From: Octopus vulgaris | Taxonomy: Eukaryota | Assembly (NCBI GenBank): GCA_951406725.2 | Contig: OX597825.1 | Location: 51,770,001 to 51,834,000 of the forward strand | Reading direction: 5' to 3' | DNA length: 64,000 bases | Part shown: positions 41,795-55,321 of the stretch, piece by piece | How positions within the stretch are numbered: the first letter of the stretch is position 1 | How the letters are laid out: each line of letters begins with the position of its first letter | Translations under genes and position numbers: made by a program | The notes under the pieces: generated by a model | The model's input: the letters and a program-made list of their open reading frames with translations, nothing else | Told to the model about the DNA's origin: nothing | The model's database searches: none

Positions 41795-41909
41795 TTTATT
41801 TATTTATTAATTTATATATATACATATATATATATACATATGCATATTTGTGTATGTATATATATGTATATACACATGCACATATATACATATATATATA
41901 TATACACAT

Positions 41910-41967
<58 letters not shown>

Positions 41968-42141
41968 GTATTCATACATATAAATATATGCATATATATT
42001 AATGTGTTTATTATAGGCATGGATAGTTAGATGATAAATATATACGAGAAGATAGACGGAATATATATGTGTGCACGTCTTGCCCTAAATAGGTGTAGTA
42101 GTCGTCACTATAGCGATATATGCGGATTGTAGGCCTCATTG

Positions 42142-42220
<79 letters not shown>

Positions 42221-43295
42221 GGATAAACGTGGGAGCGAATTTGAATGGCTAGATGCCCGAATATGTCGATATTATTTAAAATTAAAGGTGATGTTAGTGT
42301 ATTGTATGGCTATGCTGATGGCAATGCTGAAATATGTGACGGTGTTGATATTACTGGGTTTTAGAGACTATTGTTTGTGGCGGTTATCGTCATGAAAATG
42401 TTTGTTTGTGTAGTTGTTGTGCCGTGTTAAAGCAGTCATTACAGATAAGCTCTTACTAGTGTCAGATAACATTCCTTGTATTTTTATAACATTTGAATTT
42501 AAAAGTTGTGTTCTAATTATTCATTCTTATGCTCACACTTGGATCCTATTTCTAAATGTATTTTTAACATTTTGGTTTGCACAAAAATACACTTCTTATC
42601 TTTGTGTAAGCTGCATCATATTGAGCCACTGACTTTTATTGCAGTCTTAGCGATAACCATGTTACAGTCATATTGTCAGCACACGTTTATCTCTCGATCT
42701 GAGCGAGTGAAAATGCTGTGTGTTACTTGATTTAAATGTGTTCACTACGTTTCCTATATAGTTATTTTGTATATGATATAAGATTAGGATATGCATGCAC
42801 CAATTAGGGCAATAATCATTTAGTGAATTTCTTCAGTTGCAGTCTAGTTGTTGTTGCTCTTTTTGTAATGAAATATTCCGGAAGTGAATTTTTTCACTGA
42901 AATCCTGGCTTACTTTATAACTAATGATCAAGACATGCAAATACACTGCGTAAGATTCGAAACGTTTCGCAGTCTATTTGTGCGTCCTTATGAGTAACAA
43001 TAGCTGAATTTTTTCATCTCATTTTGAAAACGTTTGCGCACATTTTTGCCGTTCTAAATTGTAAAATGTGTACGTGCGCAGAAGTGCACGAATAGAAAGA
43101 ACATTGCGATAGCTACTCTGCAAGTGTTCAAAGACTGCTGCTGTGGTATTTGGAGGTAATCAATTTTTGTAATGCCTACTGTTATTGTTTTCTTCTTTTT
43201 ACATCGTTCGTTTAGCATAATGAATTTCTCTTGAATCTCGTTTGTCATCGCCAGGTGATGATAGTGGTGTCGGTGTTGAGGGTGTTCGTGTTGTT

Positions 43296-43326
<31 letters not shown>

Positions 43327-43475
43327 TTGTTGATGGTGGTGATGATGATGGTTGTGCTGGTGGTTAGTGATCCTCTTCGTATGTTTTACTGGTCTTGTTT
43401 TCATGCTTTATGGTAGCTAGTAACATATCATAGATTCTCTCTTCACAACATTTGTTGAGGATTTCTTCCTCACTC

Positions 43476-43531
<56 letters not shown>

Positions 43532-43792
43532 TTGTGTGCACAAACTCTCGTCCATCATAACCCGAGCCGTGGTTTTATTTATTGTTTATTTAGGATTTTT
43601 TAAAAAGGTTTTCAACAATTACACCATTGTGTGTGACCACGATGAGTTGGAAAACGTCTTTCTCAAGTTCGGTCTGGTCAAGCTTCGAACGAATAACAGA
43701 CGTTACCAGTAAGGATATTTAATCAAAAAAGTCAAATAAATTATCATGTAGTTTAACGTGGCATTCAGGCCGAAGGCAACAACTACAAACGC

Positions 43793-43842
<50 letters not shown>

Positions 43843-43924
43843 TGATGATGATGATGATGATAATAATAATGATAAGGATGATGATGATGATGATAATAAT
43901 AATAATAATAATAATAAAATAATA

Positions 43925-44140
43925 ATTCTTTCCACAATAGGCACTAGTCCTGAAATTTAGGGCAGGGGACTTCTCGATTACATTGACCCCACCATTCAAC
44001 TGGTACTTATTTCATCGACCTGAAACGATGAAATGCAATGTTGATCTCGTTGGAATTAGAACTCAGAACGTATATCTGGTTGAAATTCGGCTAAACATTT
44101 TGCTCGGCATGCTAACAATTCTGCCAGCTCGCCCCCTTTA
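43925..44140 (-). mobile_element. SINE family 2 with (AAT)n tail
   Basis: Reverse head ttctgccagctcgccccct near 44120-44137. Confidence 0.8.
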
Positions 44141-44269
44141 TAATAAGAATGATAATAATAACAAAAGCAACAATAAGAGCAACAATAATAATAAATAATG
44201 AGTGATATACTGTAGACGACAAAGTTGGTGTATGATTTGGGAAATGTTAAAAGACAATATAAGTGCCAG

Positions 44270-45330
44270 CCACACAAGAAGTGAGGCAGAACTGGACAGT
44301 ATTATCCAGTCAGTGCGGATTTTCTAAAAACGATATCGTAATGGAGTTTTGACTTAAAAATGCGCTATGACAGTGATAAAACGAGATCAGTTTGTCGAAA
44401 CAGAAGGTATGTGTATGCCAAGTGGTGAAATGATGAAAGCAATTACACTCGAATCCGGATATATATACCTGGGAATATTTGAGGGAGTTAGAATTAAACA
44501 TAATGTCATGATTAAAAAAATAATGAAAGAGTAACTGCGGCGATTGAGAAAAATGTTGGATCAAAGCTGAATGCCATAAACATAATTTCGGCAATTAACT
44601 CTGTTTCTTTATTAGCCACGAAGGCCCAACATAGAGGGGGACAAACATGGACAGACACAACACCACAGTGGGGACAATAAACATAAAACGAATGAGGATG
44701 AATATTATATTAAAATGGAAAACGAAATGGCTGCATGGGCCCCACTCCTCATGCAGTACCATTTGAACGTTTGTACACACTATATTACAATCGTGTTATT
44801 TTGTCTGTTGTTTTTTTTTATTAATTATCATTTTTTTCTCTTTTTCCTTCGAAGCACTTTTTCTTTTCTTTTTTTCCTTTTTTTTAAAAAAACAAAGTAA
44901 TTTTACTTACTCTTATTTTTCCTTTTTAATGCCTCATATAAGGCTCCATTTCTGTGAGTTCAACTACTGGTGGCAATTCATCGAGCTCTATCAATACTCC
45001 AGGTGGGTCAATCTTATTTCCGCACATGTCTACAAGTCTCTTATAAGTGAACTCGTGCACAGTGTCAGTGGTTCGGTGTGGCGTTGGTATTCTGAAGTGG
45101 ACGAAGGATGAGCTAAGGGACTTGGAAAGGAAGACGAGAAAGCTCCTAACAATGCATGGTGACTATCATCCACGTGCAGTCACTGATCGTTTATACATGA
45201 AAAGAGAAAATGAAGGAAGGGGATTGGCAAGTGTGGAAGACTGCATGCATATCGAACACTGGAGCTTACTCACGCTAATCAATGACACAAACACTAAGGG
45301 ACTGCTACAAGCAGTCCTTGTAACGCTTCC
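44270..45330 (+). mobile_element. R4/Dong-like LINE RT fragment split by an insertion at 44602-45049
   Basis: ..YIYLGIFEG..SAINS | CTVSVVRCGVGILKWTKDELRDLERKTRKLLTMHGDYHPRAVTDRLYMKR..GRGL. Confidence 0.85.
44602..45049 (-). mobile_element. 5'-truncated retroelement 3' end (clade unclear) with AACTC target duplication
   Basis: ORF end KRLVDMCGNKIDPPGVLIELDELPPVVELTEMEPYMRH*, A-rich UTR, tail similar to the SINE tail at 10600-10665; AACTC at 44597 and 45050. Confidence 0.6.
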
Positions 45331-45590
45331 TTCCTGTCCACCTGTTGCGATGGCCGTGGTGAGCTCACCGTAAATAATTATCTTGGGTAGGCAGTGGTTT
45401 TTCATCCTGTTAACGTGCCCTGCCCAACACAGTCGTGTCTTAAGTAAAATGGCTTCCAGGCTAATGACCTTTGCTCACTCGAGGATCTCAGTGTTGCTGA
45501 TGTAGTCGCTCCAGTAAGTGTTGAGGATGCTACGGAGGCAGCGTTGGTGAAAACGTTTGAGGTGAAGGCAGGAGGTGACCATTCACAAAT
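45320..45590 (-). mobile_element. RTE LINE fragment
   Basis: FHQRCLRSILNTYWSDYISNTEIL..LCWAGHVNRMKNHCLPKIIIYGEL. Confidence 0.85.
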
Positions 45591-48464
45591 AACAAGGGAT
45601 AAAAGACAATGTTTATGTATTACATACTTCTTCGTTATAAGAAATACATAATTGAAGAGAATAAGTTTTAAATTTGCTGCATATTTTTCACCAATAATAT
45701 ACAATAAATGCTTTGAATATTTTGATTCAAGAATTTGTCATTTTTGTTTTAGTAAATATGTTCTATTTGGAATCAGTTCAAACATTAGCTGACTCTATTC
45801 GTGCCGAGTTTGGCATCGAATTCTATCCATTTTCCCGTTTCGTTTTGCAGATAGTTGTCTCTATTTTGAGTTTCAATTCGATATAATTAAAACTCTAATC
45901 ATGCATTTGTTCTGAAGGCAGCTATTATATCTGCAATCCTTCTTCAAATGATATGCTGTTGTTGTTGTCTTTAATAATTTTACTTCGAGTAATTGATTAC
46001 TTTTTACTGAATGTCTTCGGTATAGTGTTGAAAGTCAAAACCAGTTGCAGACTGATAAACTCCAAATATAGAGACTGGTCTGGCTAAAAGCAGATCACTT
46101 TACAACACCCACCCACACACACTCTCTCTCTCTCTCCCTCTCTCTCACTCCTCTCTCTCTCTCATGATGTAGCCTCAGTCAGCGTAAGAAAATAATTGTT
46201 GGATATTAGTAGCAGCATTTGAGAGCATTGCGTATTTTTTACAGTTTATTTCTTTGTAATTTAATCTGACATAAAGCATCGATACTTTGACAAATAGAAA
46301 TATTACAAAATAGCAACATTTACAGAGATAAATACATGATAGACGACAAAGAAAAACAAATCTAAAAATTATTTTACCTTTAATGGCGATTCATTGGACA
46401 GGAAAATGTCCTACCTAAACAAATTTGGAGCCGAATAGATTTACATTTTTCATGAATCAAAATACTTTTACTTTTCAGGTTTTTCACTTATATGATTCCA
46501 TTATTTTTCATGAACATTGTTACTATTAACGTTGTTGTTTGCTGTGGTCATTGCATTTCACAATCCGATTGGCAGATATTTTCTTCTGAGATTTCTTCAT
46601 GCATATTGATTTTCTTCTTTGTTAATCCAAAAATGTTTCGGAATATTGACATTTCCACCATATTACCTGGGTTGGAAAGGACGCTTCATCAAAACATTGT
46701 TCTTATATAAATACATTCTTTGTATATTATATCCAACCGTCATTTGTATTGCATCTTCGTGATCCCAAATGGACTAGAATATGTTTGTAACAGTAAATTC
46801 ACTCCACAAATTACGTTTCATTGATCATAGCAGTAATAGACTGATGGGTTGATCACAGCACTATAAACTTATTTCGAAGTATCTTCGGTAGAAAACTATC
46901 TTCGGATGAACAAATTTTTTGTACAGCATCGTGGCTATCACTTGCATCATTCTTACGGTATGACAGATCTGAAGAAAATCCCTAGGAATTAGCAGCCATC
47001 AGTTTAATTAATTCCAAATAGCTCTTATCTAATTACAGTACAATATTAATGAATTCCCCACCCCGCCATCCTTATCAAACTTATTTATCCCTATGAATAA
47101 TTATTCATCGCTAGTGATTCTTTAACCATGAAGCAAATTCCACTGTACAATTAGAACTCAGCATTGCTCGCGTATTGAACATTTATGAATGTCTATAGTG
47201 CTGCTACCAACTATCCGTTCGAGTGACTCTGCCCTACTGAGATGGACTCATCCATAGGACGTTTTTAACGATGTACCTATTGGTTTAGAAAATTTCTGGC
47301 GTTATTGTTGCTGTTCTGTATGTCCAAGTAATTCTTAACTGGGCAGAATTATGATCAAAGCGTTCCGGCCAGGGCAATGCCAAGAACTATCTTATCTAAT
47401 ATGTTCTTCAATTTTTCGAGAAAATTTTATTCTCATGTCTAAAATATCTTCTTAGATTTTTGGAAGTTATATCACTCAGTATCATGGTATGCAGGAACTT
47501 TTTATTCTATTACCTATTTCTAAAATAATGGTTTTAGGAAAGTTTCTCATATCCCAGATAATCTCAAGTTAAACAATATGACAAAAATAGCAAACACTTG
47601 CATAAATAACCTATATCATAAAAATTGCGAATTTTATAACCTTCCAATAAAATATTTATGAAATTCAACCGAATTTCCCGAGACACATTTTGAACAATAT
47701 TTATTTCTAGATCAGCTGTCTACAAAATTGTACAGCCGAAGCAGAGCAGCGTCTATCACTTCGTTGTACCACCAACTTGAGATACAAAATATACAGAAAC
47801 ATCCACTTACAGACATCACGATTTCAGAGAATTGGCACTATCAACGCAACTGATTTTAAAGAACATTATTATTAGATAATCATAGCTATTTGAATTATAC
47901 TTCAACGGTCAGAAATTAATTCTAATTTCTTTCTTTGCATTCAAAATATATGAGACTAATATATGCACGTTTGTGTTGATTGTTTCCGAGTGTGTATATG
48001 TGTGATATTTGTGTATTTATGTATAAATATGTATGGGAAAATAGTGTTTATGTATTTACGTGCGCGTGGGTGGTAGGGTGGGGTGTATGTGTGTGTGCGC
48101 GCGCGCGCGTTTATATGTCTATGTATATGTAAAGTGTTCCTCTGATCTGTTGTGGTTAAGAATTCAACTGCACATCGATCGTTCAGTGCTTTGGTTCCAA
48201 GCAGCCACCACACCGAAACGAACTTAGCGAGCTAATGATATAACTGAAGTTTATCCTAATTTCTCCTTCGTTTGCTCTCTATGTCATAACTAGTAATACT
48301 ACTAAGTTTAGTAATTGCTTAACTATACTGGAAGAAGACTGGATGATGCTAATCCCTCTACAGCACTAAACTCAACAATAGCAGCCGTACATCTTATTGT
48401 TCTCTCAAAGAACTTTACGTATGCTATACTTGTATGTTTTGTGTGTGTATATCTATCTATCTAT

Positions 48465-48594
<130 letters not shown>

Positions 48595-48899
48595 ATACAC
48601 GCATATATAGAGTACGTCAGTTTTTTTTAGGCCATGTGTATGCATTTGGAATAAGACCTATGAGTCATTAATGAAAGGTTGTATTTGAAAACAAATTAGT
48701 AAAAATAATCTTGAAACTCCTTTTATCACACCTATTCAATGAATCTACCCTTAGCATCAATGACTGGTTCATATGAAATCAGAAGCTTTGACAGGCTAGA
48801 ATCAGATGATCTTTATCAGTTTGGAATACTGTGATAGTTATAGTTGATTTGAGATATTGCAATGTGTTATGAGGGTGTTGATTGATCTCTGTCTCCACT

Positions 48900-49760
48900 A
48901 CACCCTATAATTAATAGTCCACTGGTGAGCTAGAATGGCATGTGTCTAGGAGATTATGACGATGGAGATGGGCATGGATCCATGCATGGGTTTTTCTAAC
49001 TTTATGTGACGGCGCAGAATCTTGTATGACGTACAGTTTTCTACTGTATATTCTGTCTACCCAGGGTCTCGCAAATTTCTCCAACACTTCTGTGTAGACA
49101 GCAGCATTGACGATTAAGCCTTGTGAAAAAAAGTGAGGATGTATGACATCTCTCTCGTTGCTGACAAGTCTCAGGAACATTACAGTTGCTAGAAACTTTC
49201 TACTCATGACCATTGAAACATCATTCGGGTCTCTGCATAACCATCTGCCGTTCCTTCGGTTTGCTTTTGGTTCTGATCGAAGTATTTGTTATCGGAGGAA
49301 AACAAAAGTATACAAACCTCTTGGTGTATTAACTTGTTTAGCAAGCGCTTTGCACGGATGGACCAGTTGTTTCTTGTCACATCCAACATAAAGTGACCCC
49401 ACCGCATCACAGAGAACTTGTGCTGAATGCTCTCATACATTGCTCTTCTGATGTCGCATTGTGACACCGTGAGATCCTTCGCAGAGGCTCTGATTGACTT
49501 CCCGATGATTTTATCGAAATCTCTCGAAGTTTTTATACACAGTTGCTAATGGTATTAGCACTGGGTCAAGCGTTTTATGTTTAGCTGCTGATGTTTCATC
49601 CCTGTCACCTGCTTCTAGCCCCTTTCGAAATTTGACAACAAAGTATCTGGTAACTTTCAGGAAGCGAGTTACCTCTTCATCACTAAGCTCTGCTTTTAAA
49701 GCCACGATTGCAGCATACCTTCTCATTTCCTGTGTCAAACTGATGTCTTACATTATTTAT
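48900..49760 (-). mobile_element. Decayed Tc1/mariner transposase, maT/DD37D-like
   Basis: LLFSSDNKYF, KFLATVMFLRLVSNERDVIHPHFF.QGLIVNAAVY.EVL, QDSAPSHK and SPVDY motifs across three frames; TIRs not resolved. Confidence 0.85.
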
Positions 49761-50084
49761 CTGAAAAGTAAGGTACAAAATGTTATAAAAACGTTAGACA
49801 TCTTGAAAGAGATATCCTCAAAGATACTGACGTTCCTGTATGTGTGTGAGATGTGTGGGGGGGGAGTGTAATTGAATGAGTGAGAATAGAGCAGCGTTCG
49901 ATTCCCTGTGGAGGCTGGCCAGCAACCTTTTTCTGTTTTCTAAAGAGTATTTACCCGATTTTCTAAGCTGTCCTCACAGCATTTCTGCGTTTCCTAATTC
50001 CTTATTTATGTTGAATACTGACACGTGCAACGCTTATAAGTTTGCATCTATCTATTTACCTATATATATATATATATGAAAAAA

Positions 50085-51358
50085 CAAGTCAAAAATAGAA
50101 AATGCTAAAATAATTTTATAGTGAACATTTCAGTACCGGTTTCGGTCACTTTGAGACCTTTTCAACTGTAACGATTAAATAATTAAATTTAGAAAAATTA
50201 GAAGAAAAGTTTTTTTAAAAGAATATTTCTATAGTAGTGTTCAGATTTAAGTGGCATTCTGCCTTTCTCTGACTCCCTTGTTTGCACTTGTGTGCTGGAG
50301 GTCGTTGTGAGTTCTTGGTAGGGTAGTAGAGGAAGAAGACTGGTGAGGAAAGGGGGTGGGAGAATCTGGGAGTGCCCTGATGGTCGTATTTTGAATGGTC
50401 AGTGGCGGCTGGCAGTCTCAGTTCAATTCAGGAGAATATTTATATTGACAGGCTTGTTTATAGAATTTGCGTAGGTGTTATACTAAAAGACATTAGTGAC
50501 AAGGTTAAGGGGTAGGAGGTGGAGAAGTAGAAGAAGAAGAAGAAGAAGAAGAAGAAGAAGAAGAAGAAGAAGGAGAAGAAGAAGAAGGAGAAGAAGAAGG
50601 AGAAGAAGAAGAAGAAGAAGAAGAAGAAGATGACGATGTTGATGATGATGATGATGAAGAGGAAGAAGAAGAAGAAGAAGGAGAAGGAGAAGATTACGAT
50701 GATGGTGATGGTGGTGATGATTATGACGACGATGATGATGATAATGATGATGATGATGAAGAAGAAGAGGAAGAAGAAGAAGAAAAAAACAGAGAAGGGA
50801 GAATATGAATGGGTTAAAGTAGTGAGATGTTGTATGACTTGAAGTTGGTATGTTATGGATTATAGCTGTGATTTTAGCTGTGATTAGTAATGGATTCTTT
50901 GGAATGTAATATTTGTGTGTGAATATTTCTTTTATTCTAAAGTTGAGGTATATTAATTGTTTGTCGTAGACCTGTTAAGAAGTGGCCTGTATTTTGCAAT
51001 AAAGAGAGTTTCTTTACTTATTCGTTGTCTCGAGGTTGTATCGTCCCTAAATTGGTAGAGGGGGAAAATCCTGAAGCTTGGTGTTTTTTTGTTGGCGCAA
51101 GTATCTATGTGTTGGCTAAAAGCTATTTTTCTGTTTTGGGGAATTTTTATCTGGGATCTGTGCAGGGCCATTCGTTTACGCAAACTATTTTTTGTTTGGC
51201 CTATGTACTGCTCTTGACACCCGGAGCAGGTTAGTGAGTATATTAGGTTCTCCGAAGCACATGTGAAGTTGCTTTTCACTGTAAACCGTTGTTCCTGTTT
51301 GAAGGAGAACTCTGATCCCTCAATTAGATAGTCGCATATCCCGCAATTGGGTCTTCCA

Positions 51359-51363
<5 letters not shown>
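50085..51363 (-). mobile_element. Penelope-like element 3' part: GIY-YIG endonuclease, 3' region with (GAA/GAT)n, terminal repeat with hammerhead
   Basis: Stop-free CGRPNCGIC..FTCASENLIYSLTCSGCQEQYIGQTKNSLRKRMALH..KETLFIAKYRPLLN (50953-51363); hammerhead at 50131-50170. Confidence 0.92.
50131..50170 (-). ncRNA. Minimal type I hammerhead ribozyme, U3-A8 core variant
   Basis: CAG UUGAAAA GGUC ucaaagu GACC GAAA CCGGU A CUG: stems I and II pair, stem III is the palindrome ACCGGU, predicted cleavage after GUA. Confidence 0.7.
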
Positions 51364-51420
<57 letters not shown>

Positions 51421-51961
51421 CACAGTAGCCACAATAGTCATCACATTGAATGTGAAGTTTCACAGTGATCCTGGAAGAATGCATTAAAGCAACATGTGTA
51501 GAATTTATTCATCGTACTCAAGCACGCTATGGAAATAGACTTCTTGTTCACATGCTTCTGCTTTTTAGCTGCTAGTGCTGTGCGTACAATCGCCAGCTTG
51601 TCTGGCGCATCAGTCTCATCAAATGTTATCTTAAACAGCTTAACGAGGGCTGCGCAGTAGAATGTAAGCTTTCTGTATCATTAACTAATTATCAGGTCTC
51701 TACTGAGTGATTTTCCGTTCAATAGTTTACAACAACTGTCAAGAGAATTTCACAGTTGATGAAAGTAAATTTTGCGAAAGATGTGACAAGAGACTCCGTA
51801 GCTAATCAAACTCCACTGCATCAAAATTGCTTTCTTTTATGTCTCAACCAAATACTTCTAGACCATCTTGAGGAAGGCGTCATGCGCTTCAAGTCACGAC
51901 CTTTCATACCGCGAAATAACGCTTAGGTGATTAAAGCAGAACACGGGGTTGACGGCCTTCC

Positions 51962-52032
<71 letters not shown>

Positions 52033-52384
52033 CGTACGTAAGTAAGTATGCATGTACCTACGTATGTACGTATGTATGCATGCGTTGTCTAGAGAGTGAC
52101 ATTAGCCCCGAGCTAGGCCTTCTCTCGCTTTAAAAATTACCAAGCACAGGTATAGCTTGATTTTTAACATCTCTATTATGTGTTGCATACAATAGCTGGC
52201 CTTAGTCGATACAAGCAAGAAACTGAACACATGCTTCAACGGGCAGACATCGCCGTCACATCTGTTCCAAAGCGTGTAGCTCCCAGCCGAACTGGAAAGC
52301 CTCATTCGTGCTGCTTTAAGAGAAAGACCAAACAATACAGTACTTGAAATCGAACTGCCGCTATCGTGTATATGTGTATATATG

Positions 52385-52522
52385 AACTATTTGTACATTA
52401 CTTACATTTGACGGATATTTGTCCTCGTCTTGTTTGTTGTTTACACAACGTTTCGGCGGATATACCATTCATCCTTCATCAGGTATCTTTGGGAAAGTTC
52501 GAACCTGTGTCCTCATTCCTAA

Positions 52523-52593
<71 letters not shown>

Positions 52594-52618
52594 TATTATT
52601 ATTATTATTATTATTATG

Positions 52619-52663
<45 letters not shown>

Positions 52664-52730
52664 CTTACTACCTGGAATCGAACTCGGAATTTTGGGGTTA
52701 GTAGTCCGCACTATTAACATCTACGTAATA

Positions 52731-52782
<52 letters not shown>

Positions 52783-52975
52783 CAACAACATCAAAAAATA
52801 CCTTAAGAATGAGAACCCAGGTTCGAAATTTCCCCAAGACACCTGATGAAGGCTGGAGGATATATCTGCCGAAATTTTGTATTAACAACAAACGAGATGA
52901 GGACAAATATCCGTCGAGTGTCAATAATGTAAGTAATGTGCAAAGTTCCTCATCTCTTAAATATAGAACTGTATT
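52385..52975. mobile_element. Complete palindromic tRNA-centre/(AAT)n/hammerhead-arm element
   Basis: Left arm 52385-52523 (minus), (ATT)n, reverse tRNA-like centre 52660-52735, (AAT)n, right arm 52790-52975. CTGATGA..GAAA on each arm, facing outward. Confidence 0.85.
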
Positions 52976-53052
52976 TGTATATATACGTCCATATACGCAT
53001 GTAAATGTGCGTATTTATGTATATGTGTATGCGTGAATATATATATATATAG

Positions 53053-54095
53053 AAGGGGAATTTTCCTTGTTTTGTATGTCATGTACTCTATTTTTTCGTT
53101 GTTTAAGAAGAATGTCCATTTCTTTGGTTTTATGTTTATGTTTTTGTTTCTCATTGTGTTCGACGTTTTTTTGGTGTCCTGTACCCATATATGCATGTAT
53201 ATATACATGTAGAGGTAGGTACGTACATATATGTATGTATATATGCATACGTTTTATTTATTTATTAATTTATTATATGATGGAACGCACTCATCCATTT
53301 CTAAGTAAGATTGTTCTTAATATTAATAATGATGCGCACTTTTAACCTTTCTCTCCTCCTCCCTTTCTCAGCCTTCATTCTTTTGGCTTTCCTTTTCTTC
53401 TACCTTACTGTCTCTCCCTCTCTCTATCTCTCTCTCTCTCTCTCTCTCATTTTTCATTCTTTTCTCTACAACCATTCCCTTTTTTCTCTCCCTTTCTCTT
53501 ACTCCTCCTCCTCCCTGCCGTCGTTGACACGCAACGAGAACTCTGCTACTGTCTTTCTGTCCTGGCTGCCTTCAAGTAGAGACGGCACATCTGTTGCTCC
53601 CTCGCCGTTCTCAAAAAATAGCGTTCGTAAAAAATTTTATCTCGTTCGGCTTAAGAGCCCTTCTTGTTTGTGTTACTGTTATTCTCCTTGTCCTGTCTTT
53701 TACTGTTTATATTTTGTACTGTCGTTACTGTCCTGTTTTTGTTACCATTTTTACCCCTCCGCAAAAAAATCTCAAATTTTATTTAATTTGATTTTCGCGG
53801 GAAGGATTGTTTCATTAAAGCCATGTATCGCCTTGACCTTCGAAACGTGGAGTAGATGAAACAAAGGCGACTGAAGAAGGGGAATTTTCCTTGTTTTGTA
53901 TATCCTGTAGTCTATTTTTTCGTTGTTTAAGAAAAATGTCCATTTCCTTGGTTTTGTGTTTATGTTTTCGTTTCTCATTGTGTTCGACGTTTTTTTGGTG
54001 TCCTGTACCCATATATGCATGTATATATACATGTAGAGGTAGGTACGCACATATATGTATGTATATATGCATATGTTTTATTTATTTATTAATTT
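53053..54095 (+). mobile_element. Non-coding element with about 220-bp direct terminal repeats (PLE pseudo-LTR or retrozyme-like)
   Basis: 53053-53270 repeats at 53876-54095; the second copy is preceded by ccttcGAAACGT..aaggcgaCTGAAGA. Confidence 0.6.
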
Positions 54096-54153
<58 letters not shown>

Positions 54154-54189
54154 CGTATTTATATATATATATACATACATACCTGCATC

Positions 54190-54246
<57 letters not shown>

Positions 54247-55278
54247 GGAGATACATATATATACATATATATGTATATGAATGCGTGTATGAATTTGCAT
54301 GTACTTATACGTATATAGATGTATATGTATGTATGTGTAAGTGCGAGTGTGTGTGTGTAATTGTGTAGATGTATGTGTGTGCGAGAGCGTGCGTCAACGC
54401 GCATGTATTTTAAAATACGGTATATGCTCCAAATTTTTCCATCACTAAATATTCTGTAGCAAAGATATAAGACTAAAAATCATTTATTATTGAAATGAAA
54501 AGTGTATAGAAATATACAAATTAGTGGTACATAAATACACATATTCACTCCCACACACATTCATATACACATATACAAGCATGACCATTTATAGTTTAAA
54601 GAAAGGCAATGTGCATATTTTCACTAATGTATGTATATCTATAGAAGAATATGAAGTTAAGTGTTAAATGCATTTCATTTTGCCTGTGTATAAGTAAATG
54701 TATTTTTGTACATGTGTGTGAGTAGTTATGTGTGTACGTATGTACATGTGTAAAGAAAGATTTTCGAAAATAGATTTCAATTGTGGTACCTGTTCTTTTT
54801 ATTATTTTCCAACTCATGTTCAATATTTTGACTGTTAGTGATTAAAGATTAAAATGTTTAGTATTTTTAACTATCAATAGTCAATGCTTATGATGTTGTT
54901 TCATGGAAACAGTAAAATGACTGCACTTGAGGAAAAAATTTGAGTTGATGTTAGATAAGCAGGACTTTTTATTTCCATAGATTAGTCTTTACGCTTCATC
55001 TAGCTTTACTACGAGCTTCTTATAAGTAGTCACCGCTGGATTATATGTACACATATGTGTGTTTGTGTGTGCCCGTGCGCACGCACGTGCGTAAGAGTAC
55101 GCGTGAGGGTGTGTGCGTGTGTGTATGTGTGTGTAAACAAACCGGACAAAAGTAATCAATACATATAGTAGTGTTTATCTATTTGTTCGAAGCTGGCTGA
55201 TGATTCATTCAGCGACTACCCTGAGCTTCCCACCACGTGCGTCCTTCAAGTGATAAAAAGATGAATCATCAGATTCTA

Positions 55279-55321
<43 letters not shown>

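Noticed and set aside
42830-43050. CTAATGA, CTTATGA and GAAACGTT motifs suggesting a hammerhead
   Set aside because: Order and pairing do not give a consistent fold.
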